Part shown: piece by piece, positions 1-8,692 of the stretch | How the letters are laid out: the number at the start of each line of letters is the position of its first letter | Numbering within the stretch: position 1 is the stretch's first letter | IMG/VR virus record: IMGVR_UViG_2838948833_000001 | Span: 1 to 64,000 of that record | DNA: 64,000 nucleotides | Reading direction: 5' to 3' (one strand) | From: a virus | Lineage: Duplodnaviria > Caudoviricetes | Translations under genes and position numbers: made by a program | The notes under the pieces: generated by a model | Told to the model about the DNA's origin: nothing | What the model saw: only the letters and a program-made list of their open reading frames with translations | Databases searched by the model: none

Positions 1-609
1 ATGAAAAAAATTACCTTACTTTTTATTATGTTAATTGGACTAATAGGAATTCAAACTAATGCTCAATCTGCAAAAGAAATGCTTGCCGAGATAGAAGGCA
101 AATGGGAATTAGATAATAATAATAATGTAACTTTTGTCAGAGTCATTGAAGCTCCTGGAATATCTAAAGAAGATATCTATAATAGGGCTCTAAATTATTT
201 TACTTATAACTATGGTAGTGGTAAGTCAGTTATACAAACTCAAGATAAAGAATCGGGTCTTGTTGTTGGAAAAGGTATATACAAGGATGTTCATATTGGA
301 ATGTCGCTTATAACTACTTATGTTGATGCTTGGCACATTCTAAGAGTTGATGCTAAGGATGGTAAAGCGAGGGCTATAATAACTTTAACTCAATACGAAA
401 AGAAAATAACTGGAGGAAACACACCTCCAAATTATTCTACTGAAGATATAGCTTCTACCTATCCTATCAATCCTAAAGGAAATCAAAAAACGATTATGAC
501 GAAAGCGTTTTATAAAACATACCAAAGGGCATATAAAACATTAGATTCTCTTGAAAGAACAATACTTGAAGGGAGTACATCTAAAAGTATCGAAAATGAT
601 GATTGGTAG
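1..609 (+). CDS. DUF4468-like secreted protein; lies outside the prophage, probably cargo of a neighbouring element
   Basis: Signal peptide (MKKITLLF...TNAQ) and the SKEDIYNRALNYF...KSVIQTQDKESGLVVGKG pattern typical of Bacteroidota DUF4468 proteins. Confidence 0.65.
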   Translation: MKKITLLFIMLIGLIGIQTNAQSAKEMLAEIEGKWELDNNNNVTFVRVIEAPGISKEDIYNRALNYFTYNYGSGKSVIQTQDKESGLVVGKGIYKDVHIGMSLITTYVDAWHILRVDAKDGKARAIITLTQYEKKITGGNTPPNYSTEDIASTYPINPKGNQKTIMTKAFYKTYQRAYKTLDSLERTILEGSTSKSIENDDW

Positions 610-652
610 CATACTACTAAACCTAGTAAAAACAAAGCTTACAAGCGTTTTG

Positions 653-674
653 AAACTGGTAACCTAAAACTGGT
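653..674. repeat. AAACTGGT direct repeat (653-660, 667-674), possible integrase arm-type sites left of the att core
   Basis: Exact 8-bp tandem repeat about 95 bp from the att core; function inferred. Confidence 0.35.
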
Positions 675-766
675 TTAAAAAACGTTAAAACAGCGAAACA
701 CACCTAAATAAGACATTTAAGTCGCTGTAAAACAAGTAATTACTTTTTGTAAAAAATAAGGAGATT

Positions 767-813
767 TGCCTTCTAAGCAGTAGGCCTCAGGTTCGAATCC
801 TGACTGGATCACA
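767..813 (+). other. att core: 3' half of tRNA-Arg(TCT)
   Basis: TGC-CTTCTAA-GCAGT anticodon arm, TCAGG-TTCGAAT-CCTGA T arm and CTGGATCA acceptor 3' strand; no GATCCAG 5' strand or D arm upstream. Confidence 0.85.
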
Positions 814-818
814 AAACG

Positions 819-850
819 AAAACCTTATACATTTGTATAAGGTTTTTTTT
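819..850 (+). terminator. Rho-independent terminator after the tRNA fragment
   Basis: AAAACCTTATAC-ATTT-GTATAAGGTTTT followed by a T run. Confidence 0.85.
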
Positions 851-914
851 ATACAAATAAGCCGTTTTATATAATTTAATTTACATATTTATATAAACCA
901 TATAGAATAAAACG

Positions 915-941
915 TATATTTGCTGTGCAATGGTTGTGCAA
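915..941 (+). promoter_or_regulatory. Integrase promoter -7 box and TGTGCAA arm-type repeats
   Basis: TATATTTG (915-922) matches the Bacteroidota TAnnTTTG box; TGTGCAA at 924-930 and 935-941. Confidence 0.55.
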
Positions 942-999
942 GATTTACCACTCTTAACTGTTGTAAAAAAATATATGTCAAATTTTAAACCCTATCAAA

Positions 1000-2316
1000 A
1001 TGGCTACTGTTAAGTTCCTTATCAGAGGTAATTCTGATCCTTCTATCTTATATATTAGATTTTCTCATACTCGAGAAATTGATGTATTCCAAAAAACACA
1101 AATATTAATAAATCCAGCTCATTGGGATTCAAAAAAAGAACAAGTAAAAAACATTCTTTCTGTAAAAAATAGAAATGAAATCAATCTTAAACTTTCTGAA
1201 CTAAAAGTATTTATTCTAACTGAGTTTAATAACTCCTATATTCAAGGTGAAATAATAGATAAGATATGGGTAAAGGACAAAATAAATGAATTCTTCAATA
1301 GACCTGCATCAGAATCAAACTTCAAAATAAAGAAAGAGGAGATTTTCTTTACATCTTTTGCCTCCTGGTGGTTAAAAGAAATCGCACCAACGTATAAAAT
1401 TTCAGCTAAAAAATACATGACTGAAATCACAATTAAACATTACGAAAGAACAAGAGATTTGTTTATTGAATTTGAGCACAACAATCAAATTAAGATTGCG
1501 GACATAGACAACAAGATATTAGACGACTTTAGCCAATATCTAACAAAAAACAAACAATTTTCTACATCCACAGTGGAACGACAAATTAGTAGAGCTAAAT
1601 TCTTTTGTCAAAGGGCTGAAAAAATGAACCTAAAGGTAAATAAATCATATAGAGAAACTGTCTATGTAGAACAAGAAGAAATTGAATACAAAGAACCTTA
1701 CCTAGATCATAACGAAATAAATAGTATTTTTAATCTTAAAATAAAAGACAAAAATATTGATGCTATACGTGATAATTTCATAATTGGATTATGGACAGGA
1801 CTTCGCGTTTCAGATTTTTTAAATCAATTGTTGATTGATCACATTCAAGGGGGGTTTATCTTAATCAAAACAACTAAAACAAAACAAAAAGTAGCAATTC
1901 CATTGCATCCACAAGTAGAATCAATTCTAAAAAAATGGAATGGACTACCCCCTAAGACATACGATCAACTATTTAATGAAGAAATTAAAAACATTTGCGA
2001 GACTGCAAAAATAAATAACGTTATAATAGGCGGCAAAGTCGAAATTAAATTTGATGATAAAACAGGGAAAAATATAAGTAGAAAAAATATTGGTGAATAT
2101 AAAAAACACGAACTTGTAACTTCTCATATATGCAGAAGATCATTCGCAACCAACCACTTTGGCAAAGTTCCCAATAAAATTATTATGGATGTTTGTGGTT
2201 GGAAATCTGAGAGACAAATGCTTGAATACATTAAGCAAACCAATATTGAAAGTGCTATGGTATTAGCCGAATATTGGGAAAAAGAAATAAAAAAACTTGA
2301 AATAGAAGCCTTGTAA
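1000..2316 (+). CDS. int: Tyrosine integrase (arm-binding, SAM-like and catalytic domains)
   Basis: TGLRVSD (R), KT (K), HICRRSFAT (HxxR), GW (W) and LEY (Y) catalytic motifs; adjacent to the att core. Confidence 0.95.
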   Translation: MATVKFLIRGNSDPSILYIRFSHTREIDVFQKTQILINPAHWDSKKEQVKNILSVKNRNEINLKLSELKVFILTEFNNSYIQGEIIDKIWVKDKINEFFNRPASESNFKIKKEEIFFTSFASWWLKEIAPTYKISAKKYMTEITIKHYERTRDLFIEFEHNNQIKIADIDNKILDDFSQYLTKNKQFSTSTVERQISRAKFFCQRAEKMNLKVNKSYRETVYVEQEEIEYKEPYLDHNEINSIFNLKIKDKNIDAIRDNFIIGLWTGLRVSDFLNQLLIDHIQGGFILIKTTKTKQKVAIPLHPQVESILKKWNGLPPKTYDQLFNEEIKNICETAKINNVIIGGKVEIKFDDKTGKNISRKNIGEYKKHELVTSHICRRSFATNHFGKVPNKIIMDVCGWKSERQMLEYIKQTNIESAMVLAEYWEKEIKKLEIEAL

Positions 2317-2317
2317 T

Positions 2318-2719
2318 ATGGAAGAAAAAACAATTATTGAAAACCCTGCTGAACGAATTAAAATGATTGCCAAAGCAATGGGGATTACTGTAAGAGATTT
2401 AAGCAATAAACTTGGATATAAGACTCAATCAACCCTTAGTTCTATTATCTATGGTAAGACTTCATCTATAACTGTTACATTCGCTGAAAACGCAGTTAAA
2501 CATTGTCCAGAGATTAATTATCTATTTCTTACCAAAGGGGAACTTCCCGTTTTGATTGTAGACAATTCTATTTTGCAGCTGCAAAAGCAAATGCTTGGAG
2601 TTGCTGACGAAATTACCAATCAGCAAATCTTAGCTAAACTAGATGTTATTGCTAAAACTCAAATACGTATTCTTAAAGAGATTGAAGAACTAAAGAAAAC
2701 GAACAAGCCACTCGATTGA
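2318..2719 (+). CDS. XRE-type HTH protein coupled to the integrase
   Basis: ERIKMIAKAMGITVRDLSNKLG...STLSSIIYGK and INYLFLTKGE motifs. Confidence 0.75.
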   Translation: MEEKTIIENPAERIKMIAKAMGITVRDLSNKLGYKTQSTLSSIIYGKTSSITVTFAENAVKHCPEINYLFLTKGELPVLIVDNSILQLQKQMLGVADEITNQQILAKLDVIAKTQIRILKEIEELKKTNKPLD

Positions 2720-2726
2720 GTGGCTT
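2705..2726. terminator. Bidirectional terminator hairpin
   Basis: AAGCCACTC-GATT-GAGTGGCTT between convergent genes. Confidence 0.75.
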
Positions 2727-2731
2727 GTTTG

Positions 2732-2902
2732 TTAGAAAATCTCATTATGCAGGTTCCCAATTTTTTTTAATTTTTTATTTGTGATTTTAGTTACTTTCTT
2801 TCGAATTTTTTCTTCGTGAGTTTTATCAAAGATTTCTCTAATACCATAAATATTTTTTATTCTAATATCTCTTGCAATCTGTAATATAATTGATTTATTC
2901 AT
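2732..2902 (-). CDS. Small basic hypothetical protein, 56 aa (MNKSIILQIARD...), not in the ORF track
   Basis: ATG at 2902 to TAA at 2732, co-oriented downstream of 2918-3136. Confidence 0.4.
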   Translation of the reverse strand: MNKSIILQIARDIRIKNIYGIREIFDKTHEEKIRKKVTKITNKKLKKIGNLHNEIF

Positions 2903-2917
2903 ATATACATATTTTAA

Positions 2918-3136
2918 TTAATAACTCTTATTTATTTCCTCTTTTACTTTTACATGTGGATAATATCCTTTACTAAATTTAGGCCCGTTCTTCTCCAGAA
3001 ACTTATACACCTTCATTTTTTCATCAGAAAATTGATCAATAGATGTCAACTCAAATTCAACAATGTAATAAATTAAGTCAAACATTAATGTTTCCATTAT
3101 CATATCCAACTCTTCTTGGCTAATTTCGTGTTTCAT
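2918..3136 (-). CDS. Small hypothetical protein, paralog of 3154-3384
   Basis: Ungapped shared pattern L..IM......L..YI.E....S...........Y.FL..N. Confidence 0.7.
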   Translation of the reverse strand: MKHEISQEELDMIMETLMFDLIYYIVEFELTSIDQFSDEKMKVYKFLEKNGPKFSKGYYPHVKVKEEINKSY

Positions 3137-3153
3137 AGAATCTGTAATAAAGT

Positions 3154-3384
3154 TTATCCTAATACTTTCTTCTTATTAATCTTTTTCATTCTCCTGTCAA
3201 CAATGTCTATATGCTGTAATTCATTTGTTCTATTATCCTTTAGAAAATTATATGAATCCTGGATATCTTTTGTCATCTCTGAAACAGAACCTATATTATG
3301 CTCTAAAATATACATCAATAAAGTATGAAGCATAATATTCATCACCGAATTAAGTTGGCTTTTATCTCTAAAGTTTACTTCCAT
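3154..3384 (-). CDS. Small hypothetical protein, paralog of 2918-3136
   Basis: Same conserved pattern; tandem arrangement. Confidence 0.7.
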   Translation of the reverse strand: MEVNFRDKSQLNSVMNIMLHTLLMYILEHNIGSVSEMTKDIQDSYNFLKDNRTNELQHIDIVDRRMKKINKKKVLG

Positions 3385-3412
3385 TGTTATCTTATTATTG
3401 ATTAAGTAGCGT

Positions 3413-3440
3413 AAAAAGACTGCCTTAAATTAAGGCAGCC
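3413..3440 (-). terminator. Terminator-like hairpin
   Basis: Minus strand GGCTGCCTTA-ATT-TAAGGCAGTC-TTTTT. Confidence 0.65.
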
Positions 3441-3524
3441 AATAACAAAATGTAAGATATTAAATCCCTTACACAATATTTATTATAGAACATGATGTTA
3501 TTCAAAAAACGTATAATTTTTCCT

Positions 3525-3556
3525 AAAAAAAGCTGCCTTAAATATTCAAGACAGCC
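3525..3556 (-). terminator. Terminator-like hairpin related to 3413-3440
   Basis: Minus strand GGCTGTCTTGAATATTTAAGGCAGC-TTTTTTT. Confidence 0.6.
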
Positions 3557-3793
3557 TAATGCAATTTTTAACTACGTATGAGTTTCCTAAGCCCACATAT
3601 CATTATACTAAAATAAACAAAAAAACATCATATATAAATAAATTATCTTAAAAATTAAAAATATTATATCATTTTAAATATTATACAAAACAACTAATTG
3701 ATTTTTAATTCAATAATAAACAAAACGTTTTTTTTCTTAAATAAAATTTAATTTAAGGGCAGATTAACTAAGCATTTGTAAAAGTAAAAGCAA

Positions 3794-3815
3794 AAGCCAC
3801 TCAATCGAGTGGCTT
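3794..3815 (-). terminator. Terminator of the KAP NTPase gene
   Basis: Hairpin that is the exact reverse complement of 2705-2726. Confidence 0.75.
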
Positions 3816-3844
3816 ACTTGTCTTTATAAATATGAAGAATTAAT

Positions 3845-5248
3845 TTAATTAATTTTTATATCTTCAGTTAGGTTCAATTTATTTAATAAATAAGATAGTT
3901 TTATATCTGAGTATTCATAATTTAATGTATCGTTAGTTAATAATTGAAAAAAATAATCGTTATCGATTTCTGAATTTAGCTTTTGGTCATATTTATTTTC
4001 TGTGGAGTTCCATTCTATGAGTTCATTATTCCTCATATATCCTTTTTGATATGTTGAGTATAATTTAAGTAAATATGCTTCAATATGTGTAAATAATCTT
4101 TGGGAATGCTTATCTTCCGAGATAAAGGGTTTTGATATTTCATAAAATTCTCTCTGAATATCCCTTATGTGAGTGTTTTTAGAAGATAATTTCTGGTAAT
4201 ATTTAGGGTGAATTGTTTTTATATATACTAGGAATACAAAAATAGATGCGAATAAGAGACTATTATAATTCAATGTTCTCAACACTATTCTAGTGTGAGA
4301 TAAGATTTTTTCTTGCTGTCGTAAAGTAAGATTGCTTATTAATACTTTGCAGGTTTCTCTAAAAGTCTCTCGATCATGCTCAACCCCTCTATATTGATTT
4401 CTTTCTTCGGACTTAAAGAATACATCAAACTCAAAATATTCAAATAAATAATCAAAGAACTTATTAGGATCAGGCTCAGGAATGGAATATTCTATATCAA
4501 TAAATCGCCTCAAATATTCGTTTGTGTCAATTTTTTCTGACCCATAAACGCCACAAATAGCATTTCCTAATTGCTCTTTATCAATGGAAAGAACAAATAC
4601 TATATTAGGAACAGAAAAGAAATGTTTAATCTGTTCAAGCAAAAGTACAGCATAGTTAGGGCGACATCTGTCTAATTCATCGATTATAAATATTAAAGGT
4701 TTTCCATTTGATTCATTTGCTACAAATTCAGATAAACTTTTCCTAAACTCTGAAATTGATTTTTTACGTTTAGAATATTCTTTAACATCTTCTTCAAATA
4801 TCTCAAAAGCACTTTTAGAAGTATCTGTTATAGCATCAACTAATACTTCAGAATCTACATATCTATTTAGAAAAGCTTTCAAAATTGCTGGAGCAACATT
4901 CTTGGATATCACTGCTGCATTTTTTACGACTTTATTAAATTTATCTTCTTCTTTCTTATTTAAGATTTGTAACTCTCCAAGAAAAGCTGTTAATGGGTTA
5001 TCTTCGAAATCATTTTCCCATGCATTGAAATAGATTGTTTTAAATTGTAAGTTTTTCAATGACTGCTCCCACATTTTGACAAAAGTAGACTTACCTGTTC
5101 CCCATTTATTATTAATAGCTAAAACAAACCCTTCTGGATAATTATCAATTATATTTGTTAATACTTCTGCATATTTTTCTCTTTCCAGTTTACAATTAGA
5201 AAAAGGCTTTTCTTCATTTATCTCTATATCGTTGTGTCTAAATTCCAT
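3845..5248 (-). CDS. KAP-family P-loop NTPase
   Basis: NNKWGTGKST Walker A, FNAWEND, IFIIDELDRC Walker B, YLRRFID. Confidence 0.93.
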   Translation of the reverse strand: MEFRHNDIEINEEKPFSNCKLEREKYAEVLTNIIDNYPEGFVLAINNKWGTGKSTFVKMWEQSLKNLQFKTIYFNAWENDFEDNPLTAFLGELQILNKKEEDKFNKVVKNAAVISKNVAPAILKAFLNRYVDSEVLVDAITDTSKSAFEIFEEDVKEYSKRKKSISEFRKSLSEFVANESNGKPLIFIIDELDRCRPNYAVLLLEQIKHFFSVPNIVFVLSIDKEQLGNAICGVYGSEKIDTNEYLRRFIDIEYSIPEPDPNKFFDYLFEYFEFDVFFKSEERNQYRGVEHDRETFRETCKVLISNLTLRQQEKILSHTRIVLRTLNYNSLLFASIFVFLVYIKTIHPKYYQKLSSKNTHIRDIQREFYEISKPFISEDKHSQRLFTHIEAYLLKLYSTYQKGYMRNNELIEWNSTENKYDQKLNSEIDNDYFFQLLTNDTLNYEYSDIKLSYLLNKLNLTEDIKIN

Positions 5249-5288
5249 AGTTAAAAGGGTAATCTTTTTATAATATATGAATATAAAA

Positions 5289-5923
5289 CTATTCTTTAAT
5301 CTTGATTGTTTTTACACTCCATAAAATAGCGTATATCAAATATCTAAATACAAATAAGATAGAAAAGCAAATAATTAATATTTCGTCAAATGAAAATTCA
5401 TTTTTATAAAAAAAACTTTCTTTAAGTTCTTTTGAATGCAAATAGAAACTTCTAACAGATTCATATTCATCACAATCTGCATTAGCTCCAATAGTTATAT
5501 CCTCTTTAAACTCTTCATACGAAAAGTCTGTCTATATTTAGTTTTAAGCCATTTATAAAAGAAAACAATATTACTATCATTCAGATCAAAAACTTTATCT
5601 AACAATTCTCCATAAGTCAAATCTAGCTCATTATTATAATCAGGCGTTTGTTCATAAGCAATATTTTCATCTTGTTTATTACGAACTACAACTGCATAAA
5701 GCTTAAACCTCTTGCATTCAATACCAGAAAAACTTTTTAAATTATTTAAATCATGCTTATTATTAAACTCAATGATAATATTTTCAATATTTGAAATGCT
5801 TTTCTGTTTTTCAGTTGATATTTTTTTAAACAAATAAGTTCCCCCTATTGATAAAACAACAGTTAATAATAGAAAAAGAAATTCTCTAGCGATTGCTTTT
5901 TTGATTTTTAAAGATAATTGCAT
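5289..5923 (-). pseudogene. Two-TM membrane protein with one frameshift near 5530
   Basis: N-terminal TM (IAREFLFLLLTVVL). A shifted frame stays open from about 5530 to TAG at 5289 and encodes DFSYEEF...ILIICFSILFVFRYLIYAILWSVKTIKIKE, the expected second TM. Confidence 0.7.
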
Positions 5924-6000
5924 GCTTTTTTATGTTAACAAAAACCAAATATACACAAATAAAAAATGCGATCTGTTTAGACCGCATTAATATGACTTAT

Positions 6001-6834
6001 TTAAAAACTCCTTTTTATAACATTGAATATCTGATATACATCGTTTGCAGGATACTCAAAATCTTTATGTTGGGGGTTTCTACTAAGCAGCTTAAACATC
6101 CCCGTTTCTTTATTATAACCTCCGATGTCCTTGTGCATGATGCCTGATTTAGTAACGAAAATCAAGCCATATTTTGTAGTATGTAAATTATCCCAAAATT
6201 GTCGGCCAATCTCGCGCGCTAATATTTCAGAACCACCTGGTGTATCATAACCGCCTTCATTCCACATCGAATCACCTTCTGAAACAAAGCAAATGTAATT
6301 TCCTTTTGCGATATGGTCAGCCTTAAAACGAATAGTATCAAATCCATTAAAGCTATTCATTTCGTCTTGATAACATTCTATATAAGACGCGTACGCGGGG
6401 AAAGGAACTTTTATAACCTCTATTTCAATTCTGTTGTTTGGGTATAGGTAAAACTTATTATTATTCGAATTAGTAAAGACTTCTACTTCATCGTCAACAA
6501 AATCAGTATCAATTTCAAATACTGTATTATTACTTTCTTTAGAACCTACTTCATAAGGAATGCTTGGTTCACCCGCTATTGAATGACTCTTAGCATCAAT
6601 AAACATTTCGCCCTTACCTTGTAATTGATATTCTACGGAAATACCGAATAATTCACATAATTTAAGTACTACATCAATTCCAACATTTTGTCTTGTGCTC
6701 AATATATCTGATAAAGTAGAACTTGATATACCTAAAGATTCAGCTAAATCACCTTTTGTTCTAACTTTTTTCGTGTTAATTAAAATTTTAACACTATTGA
6801 TAAACTGCTGATTTACAAAGTCTTTAATCATCAT
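6001..6834 (-). CDS. CI-like repressor (HTH plus S24 peptidase-like domain)
   Basis: DLAESLGISSSTLSDIL HTH, GKGEMF linker, EGDSM catalytic Ser; divergent from the early operon. Confidence 0.9.
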   Translation of the reverse strand: MMIKDFVNQQFINSVKILINTKKVRTKGDLAESLGISSSTLSDILSTRQNVGIDVVLKLCELFGISVEYQLQGKGEMFIDAKSHSIAGEPSIPYEVGSKESNNTVFEIDTDFVDDEVEVFTNSNNNKFYLYPNNRIEIEVIKVPFPAYASYIECYQDEMNSFNGFDTIRFKADHIAKGNYICFVSEGDSMWNEGGYDTPGGSEILAREIGRQFWDNLHTTKYGLIFVTKSGIMHKDIGGYNKETGMFKLLSRNPQHKDFEYPANDVYQIFNVIKRSF

Positions 6835-6847
6835 AATTAAATTATTT

Positions 6848-6910
6848 TTCGGTTAATCAGAAAAAATAATCTGATTTAATTTTTATTTTCGGCAATACCG
6901 TATATATTTG
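6848..6910. promoter_or_regulatory. Putative operators and rightward early promoter
   Basis: TTCGG-N5-CAGAA (6848-6862) and TTCGG-N5-CCGTA (6888-6902) next to TATATTTG (6903-6910). Confidence 0.6.
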
Positions 6911-6973
6911 TAATAACAAAACACCACACAAGTTTACCCTTTTCAAAAACAAACTTGTGTAGTGATATCAAAA

Positions 6974-6985
6974 GCTCTTTGACAT
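6974..6985 (+). promoter_or_regulatory. boxA-like antitermination element
   Basis: GCTCTTTGACAT in the early leader, after a stem-loop at about 6922-6964. Confidence 0.55.
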
Positions 6986-7180
6986 ATTGGGAAACAAATG
7001 TTTTAATTTAGATTATAAACTATTGACGTAGTTCTCTATTTTAATTCACTTTGTTTCAAAACGCCACGAGGGGCGTCAATACCTGTCAGAAATTTTTTGT
7101 TTTATAATTATCTAAAAATCACTTGAATGATACATTAGTTTTTAATTACTAAAACTAATTAAACTAGCATAATTATAATG

Positions 7181-7229
7181 CAAAAATACTCATTTAAGCA
7201 CTTTGTAACAAGCATATATATGCTTGTTA
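7181..7229 (-). promoter_or_regulatory. Leftward promoter overlapping a 24-bp perfect palindrome
   Basis: Minus strand TATTTTTG at 7188-7181 with TTG about 20 bp upstream; TAACAAGCATATATATGCTTGTTA at 7206-7229. Confidence 0.5.
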
Positions 7230-7259
7230 TCGTTAATATTTTCTTAAATATAAGTATTT

Positions 7260-8042
7260 ATGGAACATATATTCCAATATAATAATCAAAACATAACATT
7301 TCAACTTGGGAATGGAGATGTAATGGTTAACGCAACACAAATGGCTAAGCCGTTTGGAAAGACAACTAAAGACTACCTTAAAACTCAATCTACCAACGAA
7401 TTACTGCAAGCTTTATCCAGTAGGAGAAAAATCCTACTGACTGATTTAGTGGTAGTTACAAATGGAGGAAGCAACCCAGGAACTTGGATGCATGAAGACA
7501 TTGCTCTTGATTTTGCTCAATGGTTATCGATTGATTTCAAACTATGGTGCAATGACTGAATAAAAGAGCTATTACAAAAAGGTTTTACAGCTACTCCAGA
7601 TAAATTAGAAGAACTTATTCAAAATCCTGACTTAATAATCACTTTAGCCACTCAATTAAAGGTTGAGCGAGAAGAAAAAGAAAGGTTATTGATTGATAAC
7701 AACAGAATGAAACCACGAGATGAGTACATCAACAAAGTATTTGAATCATCAAGTTTAGTTCAATTATCTGAAGCTGCAAAGCTGTTGGGATTAGGTATAG
7801 GTAGAAATACTTTATATGCAGTTCTACGTGAGAAGAAAATGATTTTTCAAAACTCAACAGAGCCAATTCAATATTATGTAGATAAAGGATATTTTGTAAT
7901 GAAACAGGAATTAAAGCAAATACCTGTTAATGGAATAATGGTCCCTAAAGTAGTGTCACAAACATTTGTAACACAAAAAGGGTTAGCTTATATAGCTAAA
8001 ATTTTAAACGTAATAACAACCAATCAAAACCAAAAATCATGA
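7260..8042 (+). pseudogene. KilA-N/KilAC antirepressor interrupted by an in-frame TGA (7557-7559)
   Basis: Frame reads WCND*IKELL...NPDLIITLATQLKVERE and continues into the 7689-8042 KilAC part (QTFVTQKG). Confidence 0.88.
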
Positions 8043-8323
8043 GCAAGAAAAAATTATCCAGTGATAAATTAAGAGAGTTATTTTTAGCTGACTTTATAGA
8101 TCTATTACTAAAATACAATGCTTCTTATGAAATTTCTAAAGAACAAAATCAAATTTGGATAGAAGCTGGTTCTTTTGATTTAAAACGAATAACAAAAAAA
8201 GGAAATACTAAGACAATAAAAACAGAGGCTGCTTTATTTGATCTTCCTTGCAAAATAGACATAAACAGAGATACAACTTTCTTTGATTTATTAAATGACT
8301 TAAAATTTTACACAGAACAATAA
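8039..8323 (+). CDS. Hypothetical phage protein
   Basis: ATGA coupling within the early operon. Confidence 0.65.
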   Translation: MSKKKLSSDKLRELFLADFIDLLLKYNASYEISKEQNQIWIEAGSFDLKRITKKGNTKTIKTEAALFDLPCKIDINRDTTFFDLLNDLKFYTEQ

Positions 8324-8339
8324 AACAAGCAATTTCAAA

Positions 8340-8597
8340 ATGGCACAAAATATTATTGACACACAAGTTGAGAAAATCGAATTATTAACTTATGTACAAG
8401 TTTGCGAATTAATGAAAATTAAGGCTACTACTTTTTATAGATTCTATAACAACAAGCTAACCGCTTATAAAAATGCAGAGAGACCAGAAGATAAAAAAAA
8501 GTACTACAACAAGAAAGAAGTTGTCGCTTTAATTGAAAGTAGAAAAAAAACACCTACAAAAGTAGTTGTCGCAAGAAAAGCAGTAGATAATGATTAA
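8340..8597 (+). CDS. Excisionase/MerR-like HTH protein
   Basis: LLTYVQVCELMKIKATTFYR...YYNKKEV. Confidence 0.65.
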   Translation: MAQNIIDTQVEKIELLTYVQVCELMKIKATTFYRFYNNKLTAYKNAERPEDKKKYYNKKEVVALIESRKKTPTKVVVARKAVDND

Positions 8598-8691
8598 TCT
8601 TTTACACGACCTATTAACTGTACTGGGTGTTATGGTAGCTACCCTTTACTTTATTCTCCTAAGCCTACCAAAATCAAGAAAACCGAAGTAG
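8590..8691 (+). CDS. 33-aa single-TM peptide, not in the ORF track
   Basis: MINLLHDLLTVLGVMVATLYFILLSLPKSRKPK exactly fills an operon gap. Confidence 0.5.
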   Translation: MINLLHDLLTVLGVMVATLYFILLSLPKSRKPK

Positions 8692-8692
8692 T

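Noticed and set aside
740-813. Intact tRNA-Arg gene
   Set aside because: The 5' acceptor strand and D arm are missing
3385-3800. CRISPR mini-array
   Set aside because: Only two imperfect hairpins with terminator-like T tails; no regular repeat-spacer period and no cas genes
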